DNA of 64,000 nt from an uncultured Bacteroidales bacterium (GTDB lineage Bacteria; Bacteroidota; Bacteroidia; Bacteroidales; JAADJA01), in the NCBI GenBank assembly GCA_963840975.1, contig CAWJBC010000007.1, positions 20,136 through 84,135 on the forward strand, in the 5' to 3' direction. Below, one piece after another: positions 1-10,599 of the stretch (positions within the stretch are counted from its first letter, which is position 1; every line of letters begins with the position of its first letter). The notes under the pieces were generated by a model that worked only from the letters and a program-made list of their open reading frames with translations, was not told the DNA's origin and searched no databases. Both the position numbers and the translations under genes were made by a program.

Positions 1-56
1 CCGCGTACTTTTGAAATGATCGCTTTTTCTCCCTGATCAAGATCGTATAATGTCAT
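1..56 (-). CDS. FeoA-like protein, N-terminal fragment (gene runs off window start)
   Basis: Reverse-strand ATG at 56..54 followed by MTLYDLDQGEKAIISKVR, a typical FeoA N-terminal pattern. Only 18 codons are visible. Confidence 0.4.
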   Translation of the reverse strand, partial: MTLYDLDQGEKAIISKVR

Positions 57-138
57 GAATGCAATTTAGAACAAATATAAATTGCAGCAAAGATATTTTA
101 AAAAATCATTAATTAATAATCATGTTTTTATTAATCTT

Positions 139-291
139 TGAGTCCACTCCGAAAAGTAATTTTTTGCCACTAAAGCACAAAAGCACTAAATTTCACTAAA
201 ATTAGTTTATTGATTTTCCGTCTTTTGTGGGTTTCCGTGATTTAGAGTTTTCGTGGCATTCTCCCTTTTTTGGCTTTTCGGAGTGGACTCA
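139..291. mobile_element. Hairpin MITE-like element, copy 1 (18-nt terminal inverted repeat TGAGTCCACTCCGAAAAG)
   Basis: The left end TGAGTCCACTCCGAAAAG (139..156) is the perfect reverse complement of the right end CTTTTCGGAGTGGACTCA (274..291). The interior is itself an imperfect palindrome (GCCAC..CTAAAT..TCAC arms). A second copy lies at 46667..46810. Confidence 0.6.
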
Positions 292-350
292 TCTTTTGAA
301 AGAGATTGTAAAACCAAATAGTCAAGATATGGATTTTAATACATAAAAAA

Positions 351-377
351 GAGGCTGCCTCAACGGGAGACAGCCTC
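351..377 (-). terminator. Rho-independent terminator downstream of the adhesin gene
   Basis: GAGGCTGCCTC / GAGACAGCCTC stem with 10 of 11 pairs. On the minus strand it is followed by a U-run (A-run 345..350 on plus). It lies about 20 nt past the stop at 399..401. Confidence 0.6.
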
Positions 378-398
378 TGGTTAATTGATTGAAAGTTT

Positions 399-3300
399 TT
401 ATTGTTTTATAAATTTCTCCTGAAAGAGAATCCCACCATTGTTAATTTTAATGATGTACATTCCCGTACTCAAACTACCAATGTCTAACCTTTTAATCAG
501 TGTTCCGTTTTCACTATCTGATTTTTCTCTCCACAAGGTTTCACCATTGATGTTCATAAGTGTAATCCAAACTTCATCAAAGATATTTACAATTTTAAGA
601 TCAATATAGCTTATAGCCGGATTTGGATACAGTTGACAGGTTGTAACAACAGGCGCAATTTCGTTTGCTATTGTTAGGTTATTTAAATTCACTGTAATTG
701 TAGCTAAATCAGAAAGACTACCATTGCCATCGTCATTTACTTCGACGATCAGATCGAATACCGGGTTTACATCAAAGTCAAGAACAGTGAAATCCAAAAC
801 CGTCAATACTCCGGTCTCCGAATTTAACAGGAAGGCATTGTCAGTATTTCCCGACAGAATGTTATAGGTCAGTGTCTGTCCGTTATCAGGATCAGTTGCA
901 AAAATGTTACCTACTTCTGTTCCATTTGCGCTGAATTCATCAATCGCAAAAACCTGGTCATCTATTTGAGGTGTTTCGTTAATATCTGATAAGTTAACTG
1001 TAATTGTTGCCTGGGCTGACATGTTCCCGACTCCATCATCCTCAACTTTTATGATCAGGCTGAATGACGGCATAATTTCGAAATTCAGTCCATTGCTGTT
1101 ATTCACAGTTAAAGCGCCTGTCGAAGAGTTGATTTGAAATGCTAATCCCAGATTTCCATCAATAATAGAATAAGTAATCGTTTGACCGGCATCCGGATCA
1201 GTTGCGATAACATTTCCGACTAACAAACCATTCGAAGAATTTTCATCAATTTCAAATGTTTGGTCAGCAATAATGGGTTGCTGATTTATATCGGTCAAAG
1301 TCATAGTAATTAAACCCTGATTTGTGAGATTCCCAAGGCCATCATCCTCCACCAAGACAGTAAGATAAAAGAACGGGTTATTAGTAATATTCAGGGCATC
1401 ACTGTTATTAACGATTATTGCTCCTGTTGACGGATTTATAAGAAAAGCGTTGTCGGCATTACCGGCAGTTATAGTAAAAGTCAAGGATTGTCCATTATCA
1501 GGATCGGTGGCGAGCACTGTTGCAACAATTTGTCCGTTAGGCGTAAATTCAGCTATATAAAAAGACTGGTTTTCAATCAGAGGTTGTTCATTCACGTCAG
1601 TTAAATTTATAGCAATCGTTGCCTGCGATTCAAGACTGCCTGGCCCGTTATCCTGAACCTTTACAGTCAGTTCAAAGGTGGTCATTACTTCATAATTAAT
1701 CGCTGAACTATTATTTACTGTTAAAACGCCAGATACTGGATTAATAATAAATGCATCGTCGGTATTACCGTCAATGATATAAAAGGTTAACGTCTGACCT
1801 GCATCCGGATCTGAAGCCTCTACAATTCCAACTGGTTCTCCTTCCGGGCTTTCTTCAATTAATACAAAGGCCTGACTGAGTATATCAGGTTTTTCGTTTA
1901 CATCCGTAAGGTTAACCGATACAGTTGCCTCAGTGAATAAATTTCCCTGACCATTATCCTGGACCTTTACTGTCAGGCTAAAGATGGGAATGGCTTCATA
2001 GTTTAATGCTAAACTATTATTTACGGTTATAGCCCCTGAAAAGGCATTGATTTCAAAAGCATTGTTGCTATTTCCACTTGTGATGGAATATGCAAGTGTT
2101 TGACCAGCATCCGGGTCAGAAGCAAGAACAACGCCAATCTGCTGTCCATCCGGAGTATTTTCAGGAATCGAAAAAGTTTGATTACTTACCATAGGATTTT
2201 CATTAACATCCGTGAGATTAACCGTTACAGTTGATTGTGTGAATAAACTGACCTGACCGTCATCCTGGACTTTTACCACGATGATAAGAATTGCATTTGC
2301 TTCGAAGTTAAATACTGAACTATTATAAACACTCAAAGCACCTGTTGAAGAATTGATTTCAAAAGCATTATTGTAGTTTCCACTCACAATGGAATATGTT
2401 AATGTTTGTCCTGCATCCGGGTCGGAAGCAACAACTACTCCAAATTGTTGACCATTTGGACTATTTTCAGGAATCGAAAAAATTTGATTACTCATTACAG
2501 GGCTTTCATTCACATTGGTCAGGTTTATAGAGATAATAGCCTGGCTTGAAAGTGTTCCTGGTCCATTATCCTGAACCTTTACAACAAGGTTAAACCCTGG
2601 GTTCGTTTCAAAATCCAAAACCGTACTGTTATTTACTATCAACGATCCTGAATTGGAATTGATTTGAAAAGCATTGCCTGTATTTCCTGAAATAATTGAA
2701 TAAGTCAATGTCTGCCCGGCATCCGGATCCGTAGCCACGACTACTCCGACCGATGCTCCATTTGCACTGTTTTCAGGAATAGAAAAGGTCTGATTGCTGA
2801 TCAGCGGTGGCTGATTTGTATCGGTAACTTGCACAGTTATGTTTGCCTGTGAACTTAAATTTCCTGACCCGTTATCCGTTACTTCAACAATCAGGTTAAA
2901 TGAAGGATTTATCGTAGAATTTATCGCGCTGCTGTTTGAAACAGCCAAAACTCCGGTCGCTGCATTTAAGGTAAAGGCGTTATCTGTATTACCGCTCAAA
3001 ATCGAATAAGTCAATGTTTGACCATTATCAGGATCACTGGCAATAAGATTACCTACAAGAAATCCATTCGGGCTGTTTTCGGGAACTGCAAAAGTCTGAT
3101 TCGTGATTACCGGGCTTTCATTCACATCCGTAATATTGACTGTAATGGTTGCCTGTGAAAACAGATTACCCTGACCATTGTCCTGAGCTTTAACAGTAAG
3201 GCTAAAGGAAGTAATTGCTTCATAATTTAATGCTGAGCTATTGCTCACGGTTAAAACCCCAGATGAAGCGTTGATCTGGAATGCATTATTGGTGTTTCCG

Positions 3301-6300
3301 ATGAGGATTGAATATACCAAGGTCTGACCGGCATCGGGGTCTGAAGCAACCACAATTCCTGCCTGGTTCCCGTTCGGGCTGTTTTCAGCAATTGAAAATG
3401 TCTGGTTACTTATGATTGGATTTTCGTTTACATCCGTCAAATTAACTGTGATTGTAGCCTGGGAGAAGAGATTTCCCTCTCCATTATCTGTGACTTTTAC
3501 TGTTAAGCTATATGATGCCAATACTTCAAAGTTTAATGCCGAAGTGTTATTCACCGTCAATGCCCCTGTTGAAGAATTGATTTGAAATGCGTTGTTGGTA
3601 TTTCCGCTTATGATTGAATAAACCAGCGTTTGACCGGCATCAGGATCCGATGCAACTACAACTCCTGCCTGATTTCCGTTCGGACTGTTTTCAGCTATCG
3701 AAAATGTTTGATTATTGATATTAGGATTTTCGTTAACATCCGTTAAATTAACTGTGATAATGGCTTGAGAAAAGAGATTTCCCTGACCATTGTCCTGGGC
3801 TTTTACCGTAAGGCTGAAAGAAGTTACCACTTCAAAATTTAACACCGAACTGTTGTTCACTGTCAATAACCCTGTTGAAGCATTGATCTGGAAAGCATTG
3901 TTTGTATTTCCGCTGATAATGGAATAAGGCAAGAGTCTGACCTGCATCCGGGTCAGTTGCAACTACGACTCCTACCTGTGTAGCATTCGGACTGTTTTCT
4001 GCAATCGAAAAATGTCTGGTTGCTGATATTAGGGTTTTCATTTACATTCGTTATGTTCACAGTAATTGTCGCCTGTGAATAAAGATTTCCCTGCCCGTTG
4101 TCCTGAGCCCTCACAGTAAGACCAAATGAGGTTATGACTTCATAATTTAATGCTGCACTGTTGTTGACACTTAACGAACCCGTCGTAGCATTGATCTGGA
4201 AAGCGTTGTTTGTATTTCCGCTGATGATAGAATACGAAAGAGACTGTCCTGCATCCGGGTCAGTAGCAACGACAACTCCAACTTGTGAAGCATTCGGACT
4301 GTTTTCTGCAATCGAAAATGTCTGGTTGCTGATGACAGGGTTTTCATTTACGTTGGTTACGTTTACGGTTATTGTAGCCTGTGAATAAAGGTTTCCCTGA
4401 CCGTTATCCTGCGCTCTTACCGTAAGTCCAAAGGAAGTAACAACTTCAAAATTTAAGGCAGAACTATTGCTCACACTCAAAGCACCTGTTGTAGTATTGA
4501 TTTGAAAAGCGTTGTTGGTATTTCCATTGATGATCGAGTATGTCAGGGTTTGACCGGCATCAGGATCTGTTGCAACCACAACTCCAACCTGTGTGGCATT
4601 CGGACTGTTTTCTGCAATCGAAAATGTCTGGTTGCTGATATTAGGGTTTTCGTTTACATTGTTAAGGTTTACTGTTATTGTCGCCTGTGACGAAAGGTTT
4701 CCCTGTCCGTTATCCTGAGCATTTACCGTAAGGGCGAAGGAAGTGGTTACTTCAAAATTTAGCGCAGAACTGTTGTTCACACTTAAAGCACCGTTTGCTA
4801 CATTGATCTGGAAAGCATTATTGGTATTTCCACTCACGATAGAATATGTCAGGGTTTGCCCGGCATCAGGATCTGTTGCGACAACTGTTCCAACCGGTGT
4901 CCCATTAGCCGAATTTTCGTTAACACTGAATGATTGATTCGCTATAACAGGCGGATTGTTCGTGTTTGGAGCTCCATCAAGATATTCGCAGGCTCCAACA
5001 TCCCTAATAACTTCCTGGGGTACAATTACTCCATCTATATCAAGGTTATAACCAGTATATTGATATCCTGTATTTTTTGCTACAGACGTTGGGGTTAAAT
5101 GATAATCCAGATTTACCCAGTTTACAAACCCAAAATAATTGTTCCAGTTATTCGGATTGCTTGTTTGTGTCAGATTGTTCTTAATATTCCAATTTCCATA
5201 TGCTAAATGAAAAGCGTCAAGAGGAAGGTTGTTCGAGGCAACTATATTATTCCAGAATCTGCAAACGCCGTCACCACCTACACTAAATAGAAATGAGTAA
5301 CCTGTTTTATTACTAACAACTGTATTGTTTGAAATGTCTATAAGACCATCACCCTGAATAACTCCATCACCAGGCATATTGTGAAACAAATTGTACTTGA
5401 CGGTAATGGTATCGTTATATATAGCATGTATAGGTGTTTGTCCCCCTCCAAGGAATTTGTTGTATTCAATTTTGCATTTCCGGTTCGCTCCAATATAAAT
5501 GGCAGCACCACCCCAGTTCGGATCATCATCGGGAGAATAAAAAGTATTTCCCGTAATTGTACCCCATGCAGTACTACAACCGGCAGCACAGCCCGAAATG
5601 AAACAAAACTTATCAACCGATCCCCTGCGGTCAATGATGTTATCTTTGATTAAATAGTTTTCACATTGTTCAACAATATGAACACCATCGCCTCCATTTC
5701 CTACATTTTGGGCAACATCATAAATATGACAACCTTCTATTCTGATATTTCTAACCTCAACCCAAAAGACCCCATCGTCCTGAAGATCGTAGATGTTGCA
5801 ATTTACGAGCTGAAAATCAATTGCCATGTTTGATGTTGGCGTTTCGTAAGGGATGTACCACGTACCGGTTCCAACTGAATGAATATCGCAATTATAAATA
5901 TGGATGTTTTTGCAGGGTCGCTGGCTTGGATTAGTGGAGCCTTGCATTTGGATTCCTACGCCGGTTCCGTTTACGCCGGGCGCACCAATCAAATCAAAAC
6001 CATCAATAGTGAATCCCTGGGTTAAACGAATATCAACCAGTCTGTCAACCTGTCCATTTGGATCCTGGATGATAGGTTTACTCCCTGTGCCATAGGTTCC
6101 AATGACAACATTATCAAGATTATTGGCAGTGATAACTGCGCCTGAATAAGTCGGAACTGTATAAGTTGTCCCTTTCTTTTGCAAATAAGTAGTGTTGCTC
6201 TGAATTGCAAAATCATTCCATTTATCGTAAGGATGATCAACAGAGCCGTTCTGTCCGGGATCACCGGAGTTGGTAGGATCAATGTAAACAACATTCTGTG

Positions 6301-6406
6301 CAAAAATGAATGCTGAATAGAGCAAAGCTAAAATCAGGGTCATTACCCAAAATTTCACGCTTGATACAAGGCTGGTTTGTTTTCTAGTTTGTGTGTAGGA
6401 GTTCAT
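399..6406 (-). pseudogene. Giant T9SS-secreted adhesin (signal peptide, parallel beta-helix domain, about 14 cadherin-like repeats, type-A CTD), broken by two +1 frameshifts
   Basis: ORFs 3953..6406, 3832..4041 and 399..3962 read as one continuous repeat unit across their junctions: ...NISNQTF | FSIAENSPNATQVGVVVATDPDAGQTL | YSIISGNTNNAFQ. N-terminal signal peptide (LILALLYSAFIFAQN). Beta-helix motifs (NIHIYNCDIH, LVNCNIYD, IRIEGCHIYD). C-terminus QLYPNPA...IIKINNGG..FIKQ is a Por secretion tail. Confidence 0.8.
680..4966 (-). repeat. Tandem coding repeats, period 306 bp (102 aa cadherin-like module), about 14 copies
   Basis: Recurring module NENPxISNQTFSIxENSPNGxxxGVVxASDPDAGQTLTYSIxSGNTNNAFxINxxTGxLxVNNSxALNFExxxSFxLTVKxQDNGxGNLxSQATITVNLTDV. 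The DNA string gcaatcgaaaatgtctggttgctgat recurs at 4309 and 4615, and with one extra A at 4001. Confidence 0.85.
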
Positions 6407-7081
6407 AAAGTTTGTTTTAAGAGTTTTACATTTTAAATTTACTTCTCGACATTATTTAATTGCCTTTTAAACAATTATGCCAGAAGCTGTAAATTGTTGT
6501 AGTTGCCAGTAAATTAGCGTGTTATCATTTTAAAAAAGGCGGGCAAATATCCGGTTCCGTAATTTTTATATTTGATTGCGTAGAGAAAAAAATCAAATAA
6601 AAAATCAGATGTTCCAATCAGTCAAAAAAAGTAAAAAAACCTTACGTTGTGAAATCATAATATATAGAATTGTCATGTAATAATCAACCAAAGAATGAAT
6701 AAAAATACGAAACCCGATTGCCTCTTAATACCTGTTGTAGGTTATCTTAACATCTTATTAAACAACCGCTTTCAAAGAAACTGTTATTATTATATCACCG
6801 CCAATGCCCTTTCATAACCTGCTTTTAAACAGACGTTCCAAAAACGGATTTCGATGGCAAATAATATTGCTATTTTTACACACTTTTTTAAAGAACCTTT
6901 TGGCGATTGTTTCGTAAAGTTGTTTGTTATTGTTGGTACAAAGCGACGGATTCAATTTTAAAAAAGTCATCCGGCTTAAATTGTTCATAAGTTCTTTTGG
7001 ATTAAAATAATCTGAGATGCAACCGTGACAATTATTATTTATGTCGCAACCTGATAGTTCAAATTGAATTTGATTTTTATT

Positions 7082-8077
7082 ATGAAGATTTTTTTAGCTA
7101 AATCACTCTTATACATTGTCTTGCTTGGACTTGTGACCTCAATTTATGTGGGTTTAATATACTTCAAACCCGACCTGGTTGATGCCTTTTATTACAGGTT
7201 CACCACTCCAAAAGCGCATTCACTTATACTTGGAGGTTCACGCGCCGGTCAGGGAATACATCCCGATGTGATCAATAACATGATTTTGACGGAGGAAAAT
7301 AAAATCATTAACCATGCTTTTGCTATCGGTGCCAGTAGCTACGGGCCTAATTATTTAAAGGAAGTAACCAAAAAACTTGACAGGGGATCAGCTAATGGGC
7401 TTTTTATAATTTCAGTAACCCCCGGCACCCTTTCGGTTGATCGTGAAAATACTCAGGACGATTCCACCTTGTTTTTTGAAGTTCAGCGGAAGTTGTTTGT
7501 CGGAAACCTAAAATCCAGTAGTACTAATCCCAATCTCGATTATTTGGTTAACCATTGGGTAAACCGGTTTGAGCCTTTTGCCCGAATTTTCAAAAAAGTC
7601 ATCAATTATTCAGGAACCTCAGTATTACATGCCGATGGTTGGCTGGAAGTTACAACAAATATGGATTCCGCTTCCAACAATGAACGAATAAGAAGAAGTA
7701 CCGAAGAGAACAGGAATAATAAATATATCCTGTCGAATACAAGACTTACCTATTTGGATAAAATCGTCCGCTATCTTGAACCCTATGGCGAAGTGATTCT
7801 TGTTCGACTTCCGGTATCAATTCAAATGGTTGAAATTGAAAACCAGTATTTTCCCGGATTCGACAGCATTATTCAGGATATAGCGATAAAAAACAACATA
7901 ACCTACATGAACTTTATTGGCTTGTCAGGTCAGTTTTTGACGATTGATACCCATCATCTCTATAAAAATGATGGTGAACGGTTCACACGGATAATGTGTG
8001 ATTCGATAATCAACCATAGAACGAGTTACCAGGCCAATGAAAAATTAGCGTTCAGAGGTGAACAATTTAAAAATTGA
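7082..8077 (+). CDS. Membrane-anchored SGNH/DltD-like protein (putative acyl-transfer partner of the MBOAT)
   Basis: ATG at 7082 then an N-terminal TM helix (FLAKSLLYIVLLGLVTSIYVGLIY). A Gly-Ser block (LILGGSRAG) lies near the N-terminus and D-x-x-H (DTHH) near the C-terminus, as in DltD/SGNH folds. It is first in the cluster with the DltA/C/B-like genes. Confidence 0.4.
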   Translation: MKIFLAKSLLYIVLLGLVTSIYVGLIYFKPDLVDAFYYRFTTPKAHSLILGGSRAGQGIHPDVINNMILTEENKIINHAFAIGASSYGPNYLKEVTKKLDRGSANGLFIISVTPGTLSVDRENTQDDSTLFFEVQRKLFVGNLKSSSTNPNLDYLVNHWVNRFEPFARIFKKVINYSGTSVLHADGWLEVTTNMDSASNNERIRRSTEENRNNKYILSNTRLTYLDKIVRYLEPYGEVILVRLPVSIQMVEIENQYFPGFDSIIQDIAIKNNITYMNFIGLSGQFLTIDTHHLYKNDGERFTRIMCDSIINHRTSYQANEKLAFRGEQFKN

Positions 8078-8174
8078 TGTGGATGATAAAGCAAAACTAA
8101 TTTTCAATTGTTATGTGGCAAGAGGATAACACAAAAAGTTCTAATCATTCATTTTAAAAAAGGAACATTATAAT

Positions 8175-9662
8175 ATGCAACTATTTTTAAATTTAGCTGA
8201 GTCTATTATTGCCAATTATAAAAAAAATGCGTTCTATATCAGCGATGAATCCTATACCTATCAGGATTTGGCTGGCTCCATTTCCAGGATCAGAAAAGCA
8301 ATTCAAAACGAAACTGATAAGAACGAAAAAAACATAGGGCTTATCATCAATGATGATCTCGAAACCTATTCTGCAATCATAGCGCTGTGGTTTGAAGGCA
8401 AGGCTTACGTTCCGCTCAATCCTGAAACCCCGAAAGACAGGAACTACAGGGTTATTAGTCAGGCAGGGATACAAACCATGATAGATTCTTCCGAAAATGC
8501 AGTTTACCCTGAATTCAATACAATTGCTTCTAAAAAATTAGCTGAAACTGAAATTGATTTAAAGCCGGTCGAAACTCCTAATGATGACCTGGCATATATC
8601 TTTTTTACTTCGGGTACCACCGGCGAACCCAAAGGTGTTCCCATTACCCGCTCCAATGTATCAGAATTCATCAATGCTTTCTGGAAACTTGGGTTCAAAA
8701 TAGATGAAAACGACAGGGTATTGCAGATGTTTGAACTGACTTTTGATTTGTCTGTTATGTCGTATTTGGTTCCTTTGCTAAAAGGATCATGCGTTTATAC
8801 AATTCCAAAAGGAAAAATCAAATACAATTATATTTTTGAGTTAATGGATGAGCATCATCTCACCGTTGCACTCATGGTTCCTTCAATATTGCATTATTTG
8901 CGTCAGTATTTCGACGAAATTGACGCTCCTGATATGAGATACAGTATGTTTTGCGGTGAAGCTCTGCCATTGGATGTTACAAATGAATGGAGCCAATGTT
9001 TGCCCAATGCAGAAATAAGTAATGTTTACGGGCCTACTGAAAATACTATTTTTTGCACGAGCTATGTCTATAAAAGAGAAGGTAAAAACAAGGAATACAA
9101 TGGTGTTCTTTGTATCGGCAAACCGATGGTTGGTGTTGAAACTGTAATTGTTAATGAGAACAATCAAATCCTCCCTTCCGGTGAAAAGGGTGAATTGTGC
9201 CTGGCAGGTGAATTATTGACACCCGGTTACTGGAAAAATGAGGAAAAAAACAAGGAGGCCTTCTTTTTTACTGAATATAAAGGGAAGTCAACCCGGTTTT
9301 ACCGGACCGGCGATTTGTGTGTTGAGGACGGTGAAGGCGATATCATGTATTTAGGCCGGATTGATTTTCAAACTAAAATTCAGGGATTCAGGGTTGAACT
9401 TTCTGAGATTGAATTTCATGCAAGAACTCACCTTGAAAAAATAAACGCCGTAGCCATCGCTTTCACAAATAAAATTGGAAATACGGAAATCGGGCTTGCA
9501 ATTGAATATGATGAATTTGATACTGATAAATTACTGGATTATTTAAAATCGAAAATGCCTGGTTATATGATCCCAACCCAGATCATTTTTGAAAAAACAT
9601 TTCCGTTGAATACAAATGGTAAAACGGACAGAAAAACATTAATACACAAATTTAAAGTTTAA
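8175..9662 (+). CDS. DltA-like adenylation enzyme (amino acid--carrier protein ligase, ANL superfamily)
   Basis: AMP-binding core FTSGTTGEPKGV, plus YGPTE, YRTGD and GRIDFQTKIQGFRVELSEIE. At 495 aa it is a stand-alone A-domain of DltA size, located 2 genes upstream of a carrier protein. Confidence 0.8.
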   Translation: MQLFLNLAESIIANYKKNAFYISDESYTYQDLAGSISRIRKAIQNETDKNEKNIGLIINDDLETYSAIIALWFEGKAYVPLNPETPKDRNYRVISQAGIQTMIDSSENAVYPEFNTIASKKLAETEIDLKPVETPNDDLAYIFFTSGTTGEPKGVPITRSNVSEFINAFWKLGFKIDENDRVLQMFELTFDLSVMSYLVPLLKGSCVYTIPKGKIKYNYIFELMDEHHLTVALMVPSILHYLRQYFDEIDAPDMRYSMFCGEALPLDVTNEWSQCLPNAEISNVYGPTENTIFCTSYVYKREGKNKEYNGVLCIGKPMVGVETVIVNENNQILPSGEKGELCLAGELLTPGYWKNEEKNKEAFFFTEYKGKSTRFYRTGDLCVEDGEGDIMYLGRIDFQTKIQGFRVELSEIEFHARTHLEKINAVAIAFTNKIGNTEIGLAIEYDEFDTDKLLDYLKSKMPGYMIPTQIIFEKTFPLNTNGKTDRKTLIHKFKV

Positions 9663-9666
9663 TGTG

Positions 9667-10329
9667 ATGAGTGAATATGTTATCAGAAAAGCAACTTTAA
9701 AAGATGTGCCATTTCTTGCTGAAGTAATTGTTGCAGCAGAGAAAGGAAACACAGGCAATATGAGTTATTCCACACTGTTCAGCCTTTCTGAAGCAAAAGT
9801 CTTTGAAATGATAGTTGCAATGCTTGAGGAAGAGATTGACGGATGCGAATTTTCGCTCTCAAGTTATCTGGTAACTGAATTCGGGGGACAACCGGTTGCA
9901 GCGCTGGGAGGATGGATTGAAGGTTTTAATGACAACCCCTCCTCCAAGATTTTGAAATCGAACCTGATTAGTTTTACATTCCCAAAAGAAAGCATCCAGA
10001 GGTTGATTTCAAATTCCAATATGATCAGCGATATTCTGATTGACAGAGAGAGTTTGACCCTGCAATTGGAATATGGATATATATTGAAGGAACACCGTGG
10101 TAAAAAGTTATTGGAACCATTAATCCAGCAACACGTTGAAAATGCTTTAGCGGTTTATCCAGCTTTGAAAAAAGTTCAGTTTCAGTGCTTCAAAAATACA
10201 ACCCAGGTGATTCACTTGTTTGGGAAATTGGGTTATTATATTGCGAAAGAAGTTCAGGCACGAAATGAAGAAGTAGCTAACTTCCTTCCCGACAGGGTTA
10301 AATTATTAATGGAAAAAATAATTAAATAA
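9667..10329 (+). CDS. GNAT-family N-acetyltransferase
   Basis: ATG at 9667, just after the stop of the adenylation gene. Acetyl-CoA pocket pattern YILKEHRGKKLLEPLI and a typical GNAT length (220 aa). Confidence 0.65.
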   Translation: MSEYVIRKATLKDVPFLAEVIVAAEKGNTGNMSYSTLFSLSEAKVFEMIVAMLEEEIDGCEFSLSSYLVTEFGGQPVAALGGWIEGFNDNPSSKILKSNLISFTFPKESIQRLISNSNMISDILIDRESLTLQLEYGYILKEHRGKKLLEPLIQQHVENALAVYPALKKVQFQCFKNTTQVIHLFGKLGYYIAKEVQARNEEVANFLPDRVKLLMEKIIK

Positions 10330-10337
10330 AGATTACA

Positions 10338-10577
10338 ATGGAAAGAAATGAAATTGCAGAAAAAACAAGAAAAATCCTTGCTTCTGTGTTGAAACATGAA
10401 AAATTTGAAATGAAGGATGAATTGACAGCAACAGAGGTTGAGGGATGGGATTCGCTTTCGCACATCACCATTATTTCGGAAATTGAAGAAGAGTTTAAAA
10501 TCAAGTTCAAACTGAAAGAATTGAACAAATTGAAGAACATTGGTTCATTGATTGAAATAGTTCAGTCCAAACTCTAA
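10338..10577 (+). CDS. Acyl/peptidyl carrier protein (DltC-like)
   Basis: 79 aa and acidic, with the phosphopantetheine attachment motif GWDSLSH. Confidence 0.8.
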   Translation: MERNEIAEKTRKILASVLKHEKFEMKDELTATEVEGWDSLSHITIISEIEEEFKIKFKLKELNKLKNIGSLIEIVQSKL

Positions 10578-10599
10578 ACGAAATAATTGCGAAAATCCA

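Noticed and set aside
3832-4041. 69-aa ORF listed as a separate gene
   Set aside because: It is the middle reading-frame segment of the cadherin-repeat adhesin, between the two frameshifts. Its sequence (FSIAENSPNATQVGVVVATDPDAGQTL) is simply one repeat unit.
680-4966. Regular 306-bp periodicity that could be mistaken for a CRISPR or satellite array
   Set aside because: The repeats are contiguous with no spacers, are in frame, and encode a 102-aa cadherin-like module. No CRISPR-like short repeat/spacer architecture exists anywhere in the window.
4161-6303. Cluster of 60..100-aa ORFs on both strands (4161..4388, 4502..4690, 4743..4937, 5338..5634, 5381..5653, 5904..6095, 6022..6303)
   Set aside because: All lie inside the adhesin gene, antisense or out of frame. 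They are shadow ORFs produced by the repetitive, codon-biased sequence.
6407-7063. A 58-codon minus-strand ORF (about 6790..6965) in the long AT-rich gap upstream of the Dlt-like cluster
   Set aside because: It is below any sensible length threshold and has no recognisable motif. The region looks like a promoter-rich AT tract.
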